From: Fidelibacterota bacterium
GTDB taxonomy: Bacteria; Fidelibacterota; UBA2242
DNA: 64,000 nucleotides
Assembly: GCA_049975265.1 (NCBI GenBank)
Contig: JBNGDF010000007.1
Span: 63,542 to 127,541, forward strand
Direction: 5' to 3'
The notes beneath the pieces are model-generated. The model had not been told where the DNA came from and made no database searches. It was given only the letters and a program-made list of their open reading frames with translations. Both the position numbers and the translations under genes were made by a program. Positions 10,112 through 19,245 of the stretch are shown here, piece by piece; the first letter of the stretch is position 1, and each line of letters opens with the position of its first letter.

Positions 10112-11176
10112 TCAATTCGGAAATTTTTCGATCTCTTCCATGAGTCGGTTGATGACCTGGAATTCGGGAATCTTTGCCACGACGGATCCTTTTTTAAACA
10201 GTAAAAAATTCTGTTTACCGCCCGCCACTCCCAGATCAGCCTCCCGGGCTTCGCCGGGTCCGTTGACGGCACATCCCATTACAGCAACGGTCAGCGATTT
10301 GGAAATCGGTTTTACCCGGGCTTCCAGCTCTTTGACAATTCCGATGACATCTACATCGGCTCTCCCGCAGGTGGGACAGGAGATGATCGTCACCCCTCTT
10401 TGAATCAATTCCAGAGACTTTACTATTTCAAAACCTGCCCGCACTTCCTGAACCGGATCATCCGTCAGAGAAACCCGGATGGTGTCACCGATGCCCTCCG
10501 CCAGCAGAGTTCCAATACCGATCGCCGATTTGATCGTGCCCTGCCAGGGCGGACCGGCTTCGGTGACTCCCAGATGGAGCGGATAATCGAAGCGCTCGGC
10601 AAACAGACGATTGGCGGCGATCATCAGCGGCACACTGCTGGCTTTCAAGGCAACAATGATATCCTCAAAACCGACATCTTCACAAATCCGGATATGCCGG
10701 GCTGCGCTTTCTACCATGGCTTCCGCCGTAGGGTGACCATATTGCTGAAGCAGCTCCTGCTCCAGAGAACCGGAATTGACCCCGATGCGGATCGGCACAT
10801 TCGCCGCCTGCGCCGCCCTGAGGACCGCTTTGACCCGCTCGCTGCTGCCGATATTCCCGGGATTGATTCGGATTTTGTCGGCGCCGGCATCAATAGCCCG
10901 TAATGCCAGTTGGTAGTTGAAATGAATATCGGCAATCAGTGGAACCGTCATCGCCTTCTTGATCTCTGCCAAAGCAGCAGCGGCTGTTTCATCGGGTACA
11001 GTTACGCGGATCAGCTGACAACCCGCCGCCTCCAGTTCTTTTACTTGACGGACGACAGCAGCGACATTTGCCGTATGCGGCGTGGTCATGGATTGCACAC
11101 TCACCGGAAACCCACCGCCCACCGGCAGCTTACCCACCGTCACAATTCTGCTTATACGGCGTTGTATATCAGTCAT
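10112..11176 (-). CDS. ispG: 4-hydroxy-3-methylbut-2-en-1-yl diphosphate synthase
   Basis: VQSMT, ADIHF, RINPGNIG, HLGVTEAG, SCPTCGR, MGCAVNGPGEA. Confidence 0.98.
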   Translation of the reverse strand: MTDIQRRISRIVTVGKLPVGGGFPVSVQSMTTPHTANVAAVVRQVKELEAAGCQLIRVTVPDETAAAALAEIKKAMTVPLIADIHFNYQLALRAIDAGADKIRINPGNIGSSERVKAVLRAAQAANVPIRIGVNSGSLEQELLQQYGHPTAEAMVESAARHIRICEDVGFEDIIVALKASSVPLMIAANRLFAERFDYPLHLGVTEAGPPWQGTIKSAIGIGTLLAEGIGDTIRVSLTDDPVQEVRAGFEIVKSLELIQRGVTIISCPTCGRADVDVIGIVKELEARVKPISKSLTVAVMGCAVNGPGEAREADLGVAGGKQNFLLFKKGSVVAKIPEFQVINRLMEEIEKFPN

Positions 11177-11227
11177 AGTTACAAATTAATATCACCGGGT
11201 ATTCTTCACAATAAAAATCCCCGGCAA

Positions 11228-12361
11228 TTACCCGGCATAAGGCTCCGCCAGATATCGCCTGGCTTCCTCCATAGCACTGCTGCGATTGTCCAGTGAAGCA
11301 GCCTTTTGATATAGTTCAAGAGCAGCCTGCCGTTTGCCCTGCAGATCATAGATTTTACCCAGACGCACATAGGCATTGCCCAGATCGAAATCCATCTCTG
11401 AGTCGTAAGCCGCAATATATTCGGACAGCAACCGCGCCGCCAGTTCCAGATCACCTTCGAGAAACGCCCGGCTGCCGTGAAAAAGCTTCAGACGCTGCTT
11501 ATATTCCTTATGAAAAAAGGGCTCCATACCGGGCAGACGCTTTTCGATTCTCTTCAGGTTTTCGGTTACGTCCGGGTTGCCGGTCTGAATTTTCATCTCC
11601 GCGTACATGTAATTGAAATAGGGGTTGTCGGGGAACTCTTCCAGTAGCATATCCAGCCAGCGTTGCGCCTCGCCGTAATTGGCTTCGAAGTAAATATTGA
11701 GATAGGCTAAAAGGCTGCGCGCTTCATAACGGCTATAGTTCCCCTGCAGGGCAGCAGTTTCAATTTGCTGCAAGCCCTCTTCCTTGGAGCCGGAAATTTG
11801 CAGAATCCAGGAGGCAATTTTCATGAACTTTGACGAGAGCCCGACATAATAATTAAAAACACCGAAAGCAATGATAATATCGGGATTGTCGGGATTTATT
11901 TTCAGCGCCGATTTAAAGTTGCGAATAATGCGATAACCACTGATTAACACTCCCAGATAATCCTTTTCCGCCAGCAGGACCCGTGCCCGGAGTCCGTTCG
12001 CCAGCCCCATATAGTAGATAATTTCCGAGTTATCCGGGTCCAGCACCAGCTGCCGGCGATAATCGAGCAGTACATCTTCAATATCCGCCAACAATTCCCG
12101 ATTCCCGGCGGCATGCCCGTAATTGCCCTGATTGTAAATCCATTCGTTGGCGACCGCGCCGAGCGGACCGAGCGGATGATAGGGTTCATTCCCCGCAACC
12201 TCTAAAAAAATATCCCGCGCCTGTTTATGCTCCATCCGGTTCATGGCTTTCAGTGCTTCCTGCAGGCGCGCCTCCTGCATTTCAGCGGTCTGCGCTCCGA
12301 GCGGGAGAGCCATCGGGAGCGAAAAACAAATATTCAGCAGAATGATCTGGAAATATTTCAT
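11228..12361 (-). CDS. Exported TPR-repeat protein
   Basis: Signal peptide MKYFQIILLNICFSLPMALPLGA; multiple TPR-like helical repeats. Confidence 0.75.
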   Translation of the reverse strand: MKYFQIILLNICFSLPMALPLGAQTAEMQEARLQEALKAMNRMEHKQARDIFLEVAGNEPYHPLGPLGAVANEWIYNQGNYGHAAGNRELLADIEDVLLDYRRQLVLDPDNSEIIYYMGLANGLRARVLLAEKDYLGVLISGYRIIRNFKSALKINPDNPDIIIAFGVFNYYVGLSSKFMKIASWILQISGSKEEGLQQIETAALQGNYSRYEARSLLAYLNIYFEANYGEAQRWLDMLLEEFPDNPYFNYMYAEMKIQTGNPDVTENLKRIEKRLPGMEPFFHKEYKQRLKLFHGSRAFLEGDLELAARLLSEYIAAYDSEMDFDLGNAYVRLGKIYDLQGKRQAALELYQKAASLDNRSSAMEEARRYLAEPYAG

Positions 12362-12448
12362 TAAATCCCGTCTTTTTACCGGACGTTTAGGAAAATGCCC
12401 CAATTACTCGGGGCATTTCGATTATCATCACGCAAGCGTTCAATCGGA

Positions 12449-13381
12449 TTATTCAATAAAGTCGGCTTCCATGAAATCTTCCAGGCGAAATCGCCCTTCC
12501 TTTTCCAGTTCGCGGACCTTTTCGACAATCAGTTTCTGTGCCGCTTCCACTTTGCGGCGCGGCTGCGGACCCTCCAGCAGTTCCATCTCATCTTCCAGAA
12601 TAATCTGGGTCCGCTGCGGCAGTGAATTAATAAAGAGTTCCTTTATCTCTTCACTCTGCCCCTTGAGAGCATAGGCAATTTCCGAGGCTTCCACGGATTT
12701 CAGGACATCGGAAAGAATGTCGTGCGGCAGCTTCGGCAGGTCCTCAAAACTGAAGTAGTGGCGTTTGACCTCCTGGACGATGTCGGGCGCCTCTTTCTCC
12801 AAGTGCTCCAGGAAACGTTTTTCGTCCTTGGGACGCATCTGACTAAGAATGCCGGCGAGATTTTGACCGCCGCCCCGTTTGAATTCCGAAGCCCGGGGAA
12901 TAAAAGCCGATTTCTCCTTTAAATCATTGGCAATACTAACAACCCCTTCGAGAGGAATGTCGTCCAGATGACCGATTTCGGTCACTACTTTGGGCTGAAC
13001 CGTCGGGTCCAGCGCCTGCAGCACATTCACTTGCCGTTCCACGGGTAGCTGGGCAATCGTCAGCGCCATAATCCGCGGCGATTCTGTGCCGATCAGATAG
13101 ACAACCTGTTCGTCGGTAAGGTTGCTTAAAAACTCAAAAGGCTTTTTAGTCTCCTCGGTAGCCGGTGTGAATTTCTCCGAGACAAAACTGAAATAAAACT
13201 CCTCCAGAATCTCCTTTTTAACCTGGAAAGGAATATTATTAATCGTCGCCATCCGCTGACGCACCTTCTGAATCTGCTCCTTGCTCATACCTTTGAAAAG
13301 CTGCAGCGCCAGATTATTTCCCAATGTTTTAAACAGGATGGCTACTTTATCTAAACCGTCGAGATTTTTAAAATCCACCAT
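12449..13381 (-). CDS. fliG: FliG-family motor rotor protein (orphan)
   Basis: N-domain KVAILFKTLG, PFEFL, ESPR (EHPQ-equivalent), GGG linker, YFSFEDL, C-terminal LPQRTQIILEDEMELLEGPQPRRKVEAAQ; AAGGAGG RBS before ATG 13381. Confidence 0.9.
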   Translation of the reverse strand: MVDFKNLDGLDKVAILFKTLGNNLALQLFKGMSKEQIQKVRQRMATINNIPFQVKKEILEEFYFSFVSEKFTPATEETKKPFEFLSNLTDEQVVYLIGTESPRIMALTIAQLPVERQVNVLQALDPTVQPKVVTEIGHLDDIPLEGVVSIANDLKEKSAFIPRASEFKRGGGQNLAGILSQMRPKDEKRFLEHLEKEAPDIVQEVKRHYFSFEDLPKLPHDILSDVLKSVEASEIAYALKGQSEEIKELFINSLPQRTQIILEDEMELLEGPQPRRKVEAAQKLIVEKVRELEKEGRFRLEDFMEADFIE

Positions 13382-13395
13382 TTTTTCCTTCCTCC

Positions 13396-14829
13396 TTAGA
13401 ATTCTGATTCGCTCTCTTCGGCTTGTTTCTGCTGGCTCAACCACTCATTGATCACGCGGGAAGCCGTCTCGGGCTGACCGACGCTCATGGAGATGACCGA
13501 CTGTTTGATACCCTTCATCTCCTCTTTGGCAGCACCGATATCATAGGATGCTTCCTGCTTGGGTGTTTCGGCTGCCGGTGCACTTGGTGGTGCCTGCTCC
13601 GGCGGCGCAGCGGGTGTCGAAGGCTGGACCGGCTGGGTCGGTTGAGTAGGCGTCGTCTGCGACGGACGCGGTCCCATGGGTACTTTCGTCCCATAACCCC
13701 ATTCCAATTCCTGGCGTTTCTGATGATTGCGCCGATTAACCAGCAGTATAATCACCAGTACTATCAGCGCGACGGCAAAGAGTCCCAAAATGATATAGAA
13801 AACCCGATTGTCCATCTTTGCGAATCCGGGCGGGGTTGTCTCCAGGGCACCCATCTCCAATTCCTGCAGCCTGCGATTGCTTTCCCGCAGCTGCTCCTTG
13901 AGATTGTATAATTCCGTCTCACGGGCATCGGCAAGGGCGCGGGTCTGTTGCCGCTGATCATCGGAAATCTGCGGCGATTCCAGCTGATTTTTCAGGTCTG
14001 AAATCTGTCTGCGCAGCTCCTGAATCCGCAGCGAATCCCGAATGACTGCCTGGCGTTCAAGTTGCTTCTGCTGTTCAATTTGGGATAGTCTTTCGGCTTC
14101 CTGCTGACGGCGCTCGAGATTATCAATCTTTTCAGCGATGTTTTTCAGGATAATGGCTTCCGCGGCGTCCTGATCTTCCCGCTTTTTAAAGGAGGCTGTC
14201 ATAACGCTGATAACATCACCCCGGGAGCGGTCGTAATGGGAGGCGACGGCAACTACCTGACGGACATTTTCGATAATTTCAGGAGTAACCCCATCCTCCA
14301 TAATGATATTGACCTGCTGCCTCTTAATTACCGGAATCGCCGGACCTGTTGAGCGGGTCGTCTTTGCAGATTTTTTTGTAGGAGTCTGAGCGGATTCTCG
14401 GGTAACTTCCTCCGGCGGTCCTTCCCGCAGGGTGGCTGTCGCTGCTTCCTGTTCCGCCCGAACGATCTCCTCCGGTGTCTCGAAGCCGGGTAAAGGCAAT
14501 CCCAAATCCGAGCTGGGTCTGACCGGGCGTTGCTCCTCCGCCTCTGCCGGTGCCGTTTTAACTTGTGTTTGGGCGGTCTCTCCGATTGCCATCTCCGTAT
14601 CTTTCGCCGCCTGAAACTCCAGTTCAACCACCACATCAACTACAAACTTGATATCATCCAGCAGTTTGTCCAGCGCTTCGGTAATCCGCTCACGGAGATT
14701 GTTCTCCAGCATCAGCTTCTGTGAAAGATAGGACAGTTGATTGTCTTGTGATGGTGTCCAGATCACTGTGATAATCAAAATGATCCCAATCAGCATCCAT
14801 TTATTGAATCTTGTCCGACTCTTGAGCAT
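13396..14829 (-). CDS. Truncated FliF-like ring protein (TM1, RBM3-like, coiled coil, TM2, FliG-binding tail)
   Basis: LENNLRERITEALDKLL..FVVDVVVELEF and IKRQQVNI...VASHYDRSRGDVISVMTASF resemble FliF RBM3; tail QPETASRVINEWLSQ resembles the FliF C-terminal helix; directly upstream of fliG. Confidence 0.75.
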   Translation of the reverse strand: MLKSRTRFNKWMLIGIILIITVIWTPSQDNQLSYLSQKLMLENNLRERITEALDKLLDDIKFVVDVVVELEFQAAKDTEMAIGETAQTQVKTAPAEAEEQRPVRPSSDLGLPLPGFETPEEIVRAEQEAATATLREGPPEEVTRESAQTPTKKSAKTTRSTGPAIPVIKRQQVNIIMEDGVTPEIIENVRQVVAVASHYDRSRGDVISVMTASFKKREDQDAAEAIILKNIAEKIDNLERRQQEAERLSQIEQQKQLERQAVIRDSLRIQELRRQISDLKNQLESPQISDDQRQQTRALADARETELYNLKEQLRESNRRLQELEMGALETTPPGFAKMDNRVFYIILGLFAVALIVLVIILLVNRRNHQKRQELEWGYGTKVPMGPRPSQTTPTQPTQPVQPSTPAAPPEQAPPSAPAAETPKQEASYDIGAAKEEMKGIKQSVISMSVGQPETASRVINEWLSQQKQAEESESEF

Positions 14830-14844
14830 CGTCCTTCTCCTAAT

Positions 14845-15528
14845 TTATAAAATTGTCAAAAAGAATATTTCAACACGCCGATTCATCGCCATACGCTCGG
14901 GGGTAGTATTGGCTTCTGCGATCGTTGCTCCGGGAGCCCGGGGACGTGTGTCCGCATAGCCAATCGCCTGAAACCGCTCGGGCGAAATGCCCCGTGCAAT
15001 GTAGTAACGCACCACCTGCGCCGCCCGCGCCGCCGAGAGCTCCCAATTGGAGGGAAACATCGCCGACCGAATCGGTACATTATCGGTATGTCCCTCGATG
15101 GCAATCGGATAATTGGATTTTTTCATCATATCTTCGAATTTATTTAAAATCGGGTAGATACGGGGATTCAGATCGGCACTGCCGATTCCAAAGGATATTT
15201 CACTGGGAATCTTGATGGCGACACCACGCTCGCTGGTCTCCACCTGAATCTGCTCCTGTAAATTTTCCTCCTCAATGACCTTGACTACATCGGAATAGAT
15301 TTCCGCCAAGGAATATTTTTTGGTTTTCGCCTTCTTACCCAGCGCCTGTCCGACGGAATCACTGAACTGCTCCAGCTTGACGGGATCAATTGTAGACATG
15401 GAAAAGAGCAGCACGAAAAAGGTCATCAGCAGCGTCATCATATCGCCGTAGGTCACCAGCCACGGTTCTTGATCACCCCTGGACTCTTCGAATATATTTT
15501 TCTTTTTACGTTTGCCTTCCTCTGCCAT
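14845..15528 (-). CDS. motB: Stator B subunit MotB/PomB with OmpA-like peptidoglycan-binding domain
   Basis: WLVTYGDMMTLLMTFFVLLFSMS (critical Asp), EGHTDNVP, SNWELSAARA, NRRVEI. Confidence 0.93.
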   Translation of the reverse strand: MAEEGKRKKKNIFEESRGDQEPWLVTYGDMMTLLMTFFVLLFSMSTIDPVKLEQFSDSVGQALGKKAKTKKYSLAEIYSDVVKVIEEENLQEQIQVETSERGVAIKIPSEISFGIGSADLNPRIYPILNKFEDMMKKSNYPIAIEGHTDNVPIRSAMFPSNWELSAARAAQVVRYYIARGISPERFQAIGYADTRPRAPGATIAEANTTPERMAMNRRVEIFFLTIL

Positions 15529-15534
15529 CTGACC

Positions 15535-16323
15535 TTATTCCTCGGGTTTTTTCCAGTCACGCGGTCTCAGATAGGAATTCAGTTTTTCACGTACGATCAG
15601 AGGATGCTTGCGGGCATGTATCAGTAAAACTCCCTCAATCAGCATCTGCTGCATCATTGTCTGATTCTTAATCCGGATTTCGAACTTTTCCGCCATGGGA
15701 TTAAAAAACATGTTCGCCAGAATTGTCCCGTAAAACGTCGTGATCAAGGCAGCGCCCATTCCGGCACCCAAAACTGCCATCGGATCGTCACCGCCGCCAG
15801 CCATGTCAGCCATTCCGTACAGCATCACCACCAAACCGATCAGTGTTCCGATCATTCCAAAAGCCGGCGAATATTTGCCCATCGTCCGCAGCACATTGGC
15901 TTCGCCCTTTTCCCGTAATATCCGGTTTTCGATGCGGGTTTCCAGAATTTCCCGAATTTCATCGGGATTATAGCCGTCAATCACCATCTGGAGACCATCA
16001 CGAAGAAAGAAATTTTTGACACTGCCCAAAGATTTTTCCAGTTCCTGCATACTCTTTCGGGCAATCGGTGCCAACTCCACAATAGCATCCACTTCGCTAG
16101 GCAGATCAATCTTCTGCTTTTTGAACACCGCAAAGGTGGAGCGCAGCAAACCGAACACATCCCGCATGGAAAAGCTCAGCAGCGTTGCGGCAAAGGAGCC
16201 GCCTGCCACAATCAGAAAGCTGGACAAGCTTACGAAAACAATAAAATTCGGGGTCAACTGGTAGATTCCCAGTACAATCAGTCCAATTCCGGCAAAGATC
16301 CCCAATAGACTCGCTATATCCAT
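15535..16323 (-). CDS. motA: Stator A subunit MotA/PomA
   Basis: MDIASLLG start, FLRDGLQMVIDG, SPAFGMIGTLIGLV, ALITTFYG, HPLIVREKLNSYL. Confidence 0.93.
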   Translation of the reverse strand: MDIASLLGIFAGIGLIVLGIYQLTPNFIVFVSLSSFLIVAGGSFAATLLSFSMRDVFGLLRSTFAVFKKQKIDLPSEVDAIVELAPIARKSMQELEKSLGSVKNFFLRDGLQMVIDGYNPDEIREILETRIENRILREKGEANVLRTMGKYSPAFGMIGTLIGLVVMLYGMADMAGGGDDPMAVLGAGMGAALITTFYGTILANMFFNPMAEKFEIRIKNQTMMQQMLIEGVLLIHARKHPLIVREKLNSYLRPRDWKKPEE

Positions 16324-16338
16324 ACAGTACTTCCCTCT

Positions 16339-17682
16339 TTATTCCTTTCGCGTTGATCCCGTGCTTCTCAGACGATTTTCATTCAGAGCCCGTAAAATAT
16401 TGCGTACATCATCATATTCCGGGTCGATACGCAGCGCCAGATTCCAGTTGATCGTCGCCCGGTCAATATCACCTAGTTTATAGTAAATGGAACCGCGGCG
16501 GGCGTATGCCAGCGCCAGGTTGGGATTCAGATCGATAGCCGCTTCGACCTCCTGCAGCGCTTCCCGATACTCACCGGCATAGAAATAGCGCAGGGACCGG
16601 GAGAGATGTTTCAGGGCTAAATTGATATTCTGTTCCAGGGCATGTTTCGCCAGTTTGGCGGAACGCACGGAATCTTCCAGAACCGCCGTCTTCTGCCGCA
16701 GCTGGGCGATCTCACTGGTCAAATACTTTATTTCTGACTCGAATATTTTCAGGGAATCTCTCAATTTGGCAATCTCATAATCCGCCGCCTTTAACGTCGA
16801 ATCCAGCTGAATGGCAAACTGTTCTTCCATATCCAGAATTAATTGAGTCTCTTCGTCCACCATCCCCTCAAGCCGACGGCGGCGTGCGCTTTCCGGTTTG
16901 ACTCTGGGAATCCGAAAATCCAAACCAATATTCAGACTGGGGTAATTCTTGGTGGCACCGAGGTTAAAATCTTCCGCTCCAAAATTGTACAATTTGACCA
17001 GATTGTTTACGCCAAGCATCAGGTTATAGTCCTTGGTAAAGGGAATCCGCACACCGGCATTGATCCCGCCGCCGTCGAATTCGCCGATAAATTCTACCCC
17101 GCCCCGCTCCGCCATGATGCTGGTATGGAGCAGAATTCCCGCAAATACTCCGGCACTGGTGGTGGAGTCGCTGCCAAATCCGGTCGCCAGCCCTCCGGTC
17201 CCAAAACCCATATAGGTACAGAGATTGCTGGATTCAAACTGCTTTTCGTTGCTGATCACACCGAAAATAGACAGGGTTTTTGTGTCGATGTTGAGCTCCT
17301 TGTCACCCTGCTTCAACACCAGGTCATGTATCCCGGCGGAAAAACTGATATCTCCGTAGACAAACAGACGCTTCTGAAAATGCAGCCCGAATTCCACCGG
17401 CGGACCGGAACCGACACCCTGGATAGAGGTCACCCCGATTTTGAAGGTATTGGACAGATCAGTTTCGAAAAACACTCCTCTCGTAATCAGTGTATCGGCA
17501 AACCCATAGATGTCGGTACAAATTCCTGTCCGGAACACATAGGGGGTCCGATAGATACTGCTGGTGGGAATTTTCATCATGTAGCCGGGCTTCGTAAATG
17601 CAACCCGGGTTATCTGGCCGGAGAGCGAGACGGTCAGGATTATGCTTGTCAAAATTTGGATATAACCACGTTTTATCATCAA
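16339..17682 (-). CDS. Putative outer-membrane beta-barrel (YjbH-like) with C-terminal coiled coil and TPR
   Basis: Signal peptide; ~240 aa of alternating beta strands ending SLNIGLDF; heptad region; TPR ALAYARRGSIYYKLGDIDRATINWNLALRIDP. Confidence 0.65.
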   Translation of the reverse strand: MMIKRGYIQILTSIILTVSLSGQITRVAFTKPGYMMKIPTSSIYRTPYVFRTGICTDIYGFADTLITRGVFFETDLSNTFKIGVTSIQGVGSGPPVEFGLHFQKRLFVYGDISFSAGIHDLVLKQGDKELNIDTKTLSIFGVISNEKQFESSNLCTYMGFGTGGLATGFGSDSTTSAGVFAGILLHTSIMAERGGVEFIGEFDGGGINAGVRIPFTKDYNLMLGVNNLVKLYNFGAEDFNLGATKNYPSLNIGLDFRIPRVKPESARRRRLEGMVDEETQLILDMEEQFAIQLDSTLKAADYEIAKLRDSLKIFESEIKYLTSEIAQLRQKTAVLEDSVRSAKLAKHALEQNINLALKHLSRSLRYFYAGEYREALQEVEAAIDLNPNLALAYARRGSIYYKLGDIDRATINWNLALRIDPEYDDVRNILRALNENRLRSTGSTRKE

Positions 17683-17701
17683 TTCCTACTCCCCTTTGGT
17701 C

Positions 17702-18454
17702 TCAATCCATGGCGCCCAATCGTTTCAGTTCCAGGTCTGCCAGCTTGGCCATCTGACCCTCCGGAAATCGCCTGAGAAGCCGTCTAAAAAATATTTCCGC
17801 CATCCTTTTATCCCCCAGTTTGCGGTAGGTCACTGCCGTCAGAAACAGGGCATCATCGAGATTTTCGCACAGCGGATATTCTACGACTTTTTTCAGATAT
17901 TCTAAAGCAAGATATTCGTCTTTCAGATAAATATAACAGTTACCAATCCAGAAATAGGCATCGCCGATCATAGCGCCGGGCAGGTCACTTTCAATGCTTT
18001 TCTGAAAGTAATCCACGGCAACAGGATAATTTCTTGTCAGATAAGCCGCCTGCCCCTTCTCAAAAAAACGCTCACCCTCTTTCTTGGTATAACGGATACG
18101 GGGATTACCCAGATTGGCATGGGGGGACTGAAAAACGAGATGTTTCAGCCGCTGATTCTCGATTACCAGTGAATCGACCAAGTTTCGGATTTCCGTTAAC
18201 TGCTGTTCGACTTGTGCATGACCGTGGGAAAGGGCCAAAGAGAGGGAGTCTATTTGGTTCTGCAATTGAACCATCATTGGGTTCGCAACGCCAATGCCGT
18301 GAAGGGGGGCAGACTCCCTCGCTGGCTCTATGGTTATCCCTAAATCGTACATAAATCCCTGATCCGCCGTCCCCCGGCTGCTATCGGCTTTCTGGGCAAA
18401 TATCGCGAGGGGCATAATCAACATCAGTGCCAATCGATTCACATTCCCATTCAA
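17702..18454 (-). CDS. Periplasmic coiled-coil + TPR protein (CpoB/YbgF-like)
   Basis: Signal peptide; coiled coil; DAYFWIGNCY, DDALF, RRFP TPR pattern. Start codon uncertain (TTG 18454 or GTG 18442). Confidence 0.75.
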   Translation of the reverse strand: MNGNVNRLALMLIMPLAIFAQKADSSRGTADQGFMYDLGITIEPARESAPLHGIGVANPMMVQLQNQIDSLSLALSHGHAQVEQQLTEIRNLVDSLVIENQRLKHLVFQSPHANLGNPRIRYTKKEGERFFEKGQAAYLTRNYPVAVDYFQKSIESDLPGAMIGDAYFWIGNCYIYLKDEYLALEYLKKVVEYPLCENLDDALFLTAVTYRKLGDKRMAEIFFRRLLRRFPEGQMAKLADLELKRLGAMD

Positions 18455-19245
18455 AATTTTTCTTGGGTCGTTAAATATTTCCGGGCTTTTTCCACCAGTT
18501 CACTGTCTGGAAATTCCCGCTCCAGCCGCCGGAAGGCAGCCAGTGCATCCGGCTGATTGTTCATTTTCAGATAGCTCAGACCGATCTTGAACAGCGCCGC
18601 ATCGGCTTTATTGCCATCGCCCAGAGGTTTCACTTTCTGAAACGCTTCCACGGCTTGTGGATATTTTTCCTGCGAATAGAGGTTTTCGCCAAGCCAGTAC
18701 TGGCAGTTATCCGCCAACGGATGCTGTCGGCTCGTTTGCAGCAATATCTGAAAGCGCTTCATACTGGCTGAATAATCCCGGTCGAAATAGAGGTTCAACG
18801 CCTCATTGTATTGTGTCCGGTATTCCGAATCGTTCACCTCGTGAACCAGCGTATCGGCATCCTCTGCCACCACGTTGTTGGATTTGATCGATTCCAGAAT
18901 CTCTTCCGTCAGGGCTTTGTCCTCATCAAAGGTGTTCACAATGAGCTTGAAATTTTCCACCTGATTCTGCTGCTCTTTGAGTGAATCCACTTCCGACTGT
19001 TTCGCCATCAGCGAGTCTCGCAGCTGCCTGTTATACTGTTTCAACCGCTGGATTTCTTCCCGAATTGCCTGGAGCTCGGCATCGTGAACGCTGATCTCGG
19101 ACTGCAGCTCCAGTACCTCGACGTTTTTATCGCTGAGTTCGGCTTTTTTTTCAGAAATCTCGTTAACAGTGGAATCGGTCTGGGCTGCAATGACCATGAT
19201 CATCCCTATGAGCAGTGCGAGAGCTTTGATCCGGAGAGCCGTCAT
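18451..19245 (-). CDS. Periplasmic coiled-coil + TPR protein (CpoB/YbgF-like)
   Basis: TAATG coupling at 19245; long coiled coil; HPLADNCQYWLGE, KADAALFKIG, FPDSE motifs typical of CpoB. Confidence 0.8.
   Translation of the reverse strand: MTALRIKALALLIGMIMVIAAQTDSTVNEISEKKAELSDKNVEVLELQSEISVHDAELQAIREEIQRLKQYNRQLRDSLMAKQSEVDSLKEQQNQVENFKLIVNTFDEDKALTEEILESIKSNNVVAEDADTLVHEVNDSEYRTQYNEALNLYFDRDYSASMKRFQILLQTSRQHPLADNCQYWLGENLYSQEKYPQAVEAFQKVKPLGDGNKADAALFKIGLSYLKMNNQPDALAAFRRLEREFPDSELVEKARKYLTTQEKF

Noticed and set aside
11228..12361. TPR gene downstream of fliG as a ninth motor component
   Set aside because: Separated by an ~87 bp gap and followed by housekeeping ispG; membership cannot be supported without synteny data.
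14845..16323. MotAB pair as Zorya ZorAB, ExbBD or TolQR
   Set aside because: MotA lacks the long ZorA tail, MotB has the flagellar-type TM motif and OmpA-like domain, and the neighbours are fliF-like and fliG rather than zorC/D/E or tonB/tolA.
16843..17775. Long antisense ORFs (also 3890-4723, 42807-43778, 49563-50576 and others)
   Set aside because: Shadow frames opposite well-supported genes, with no protein-family features.
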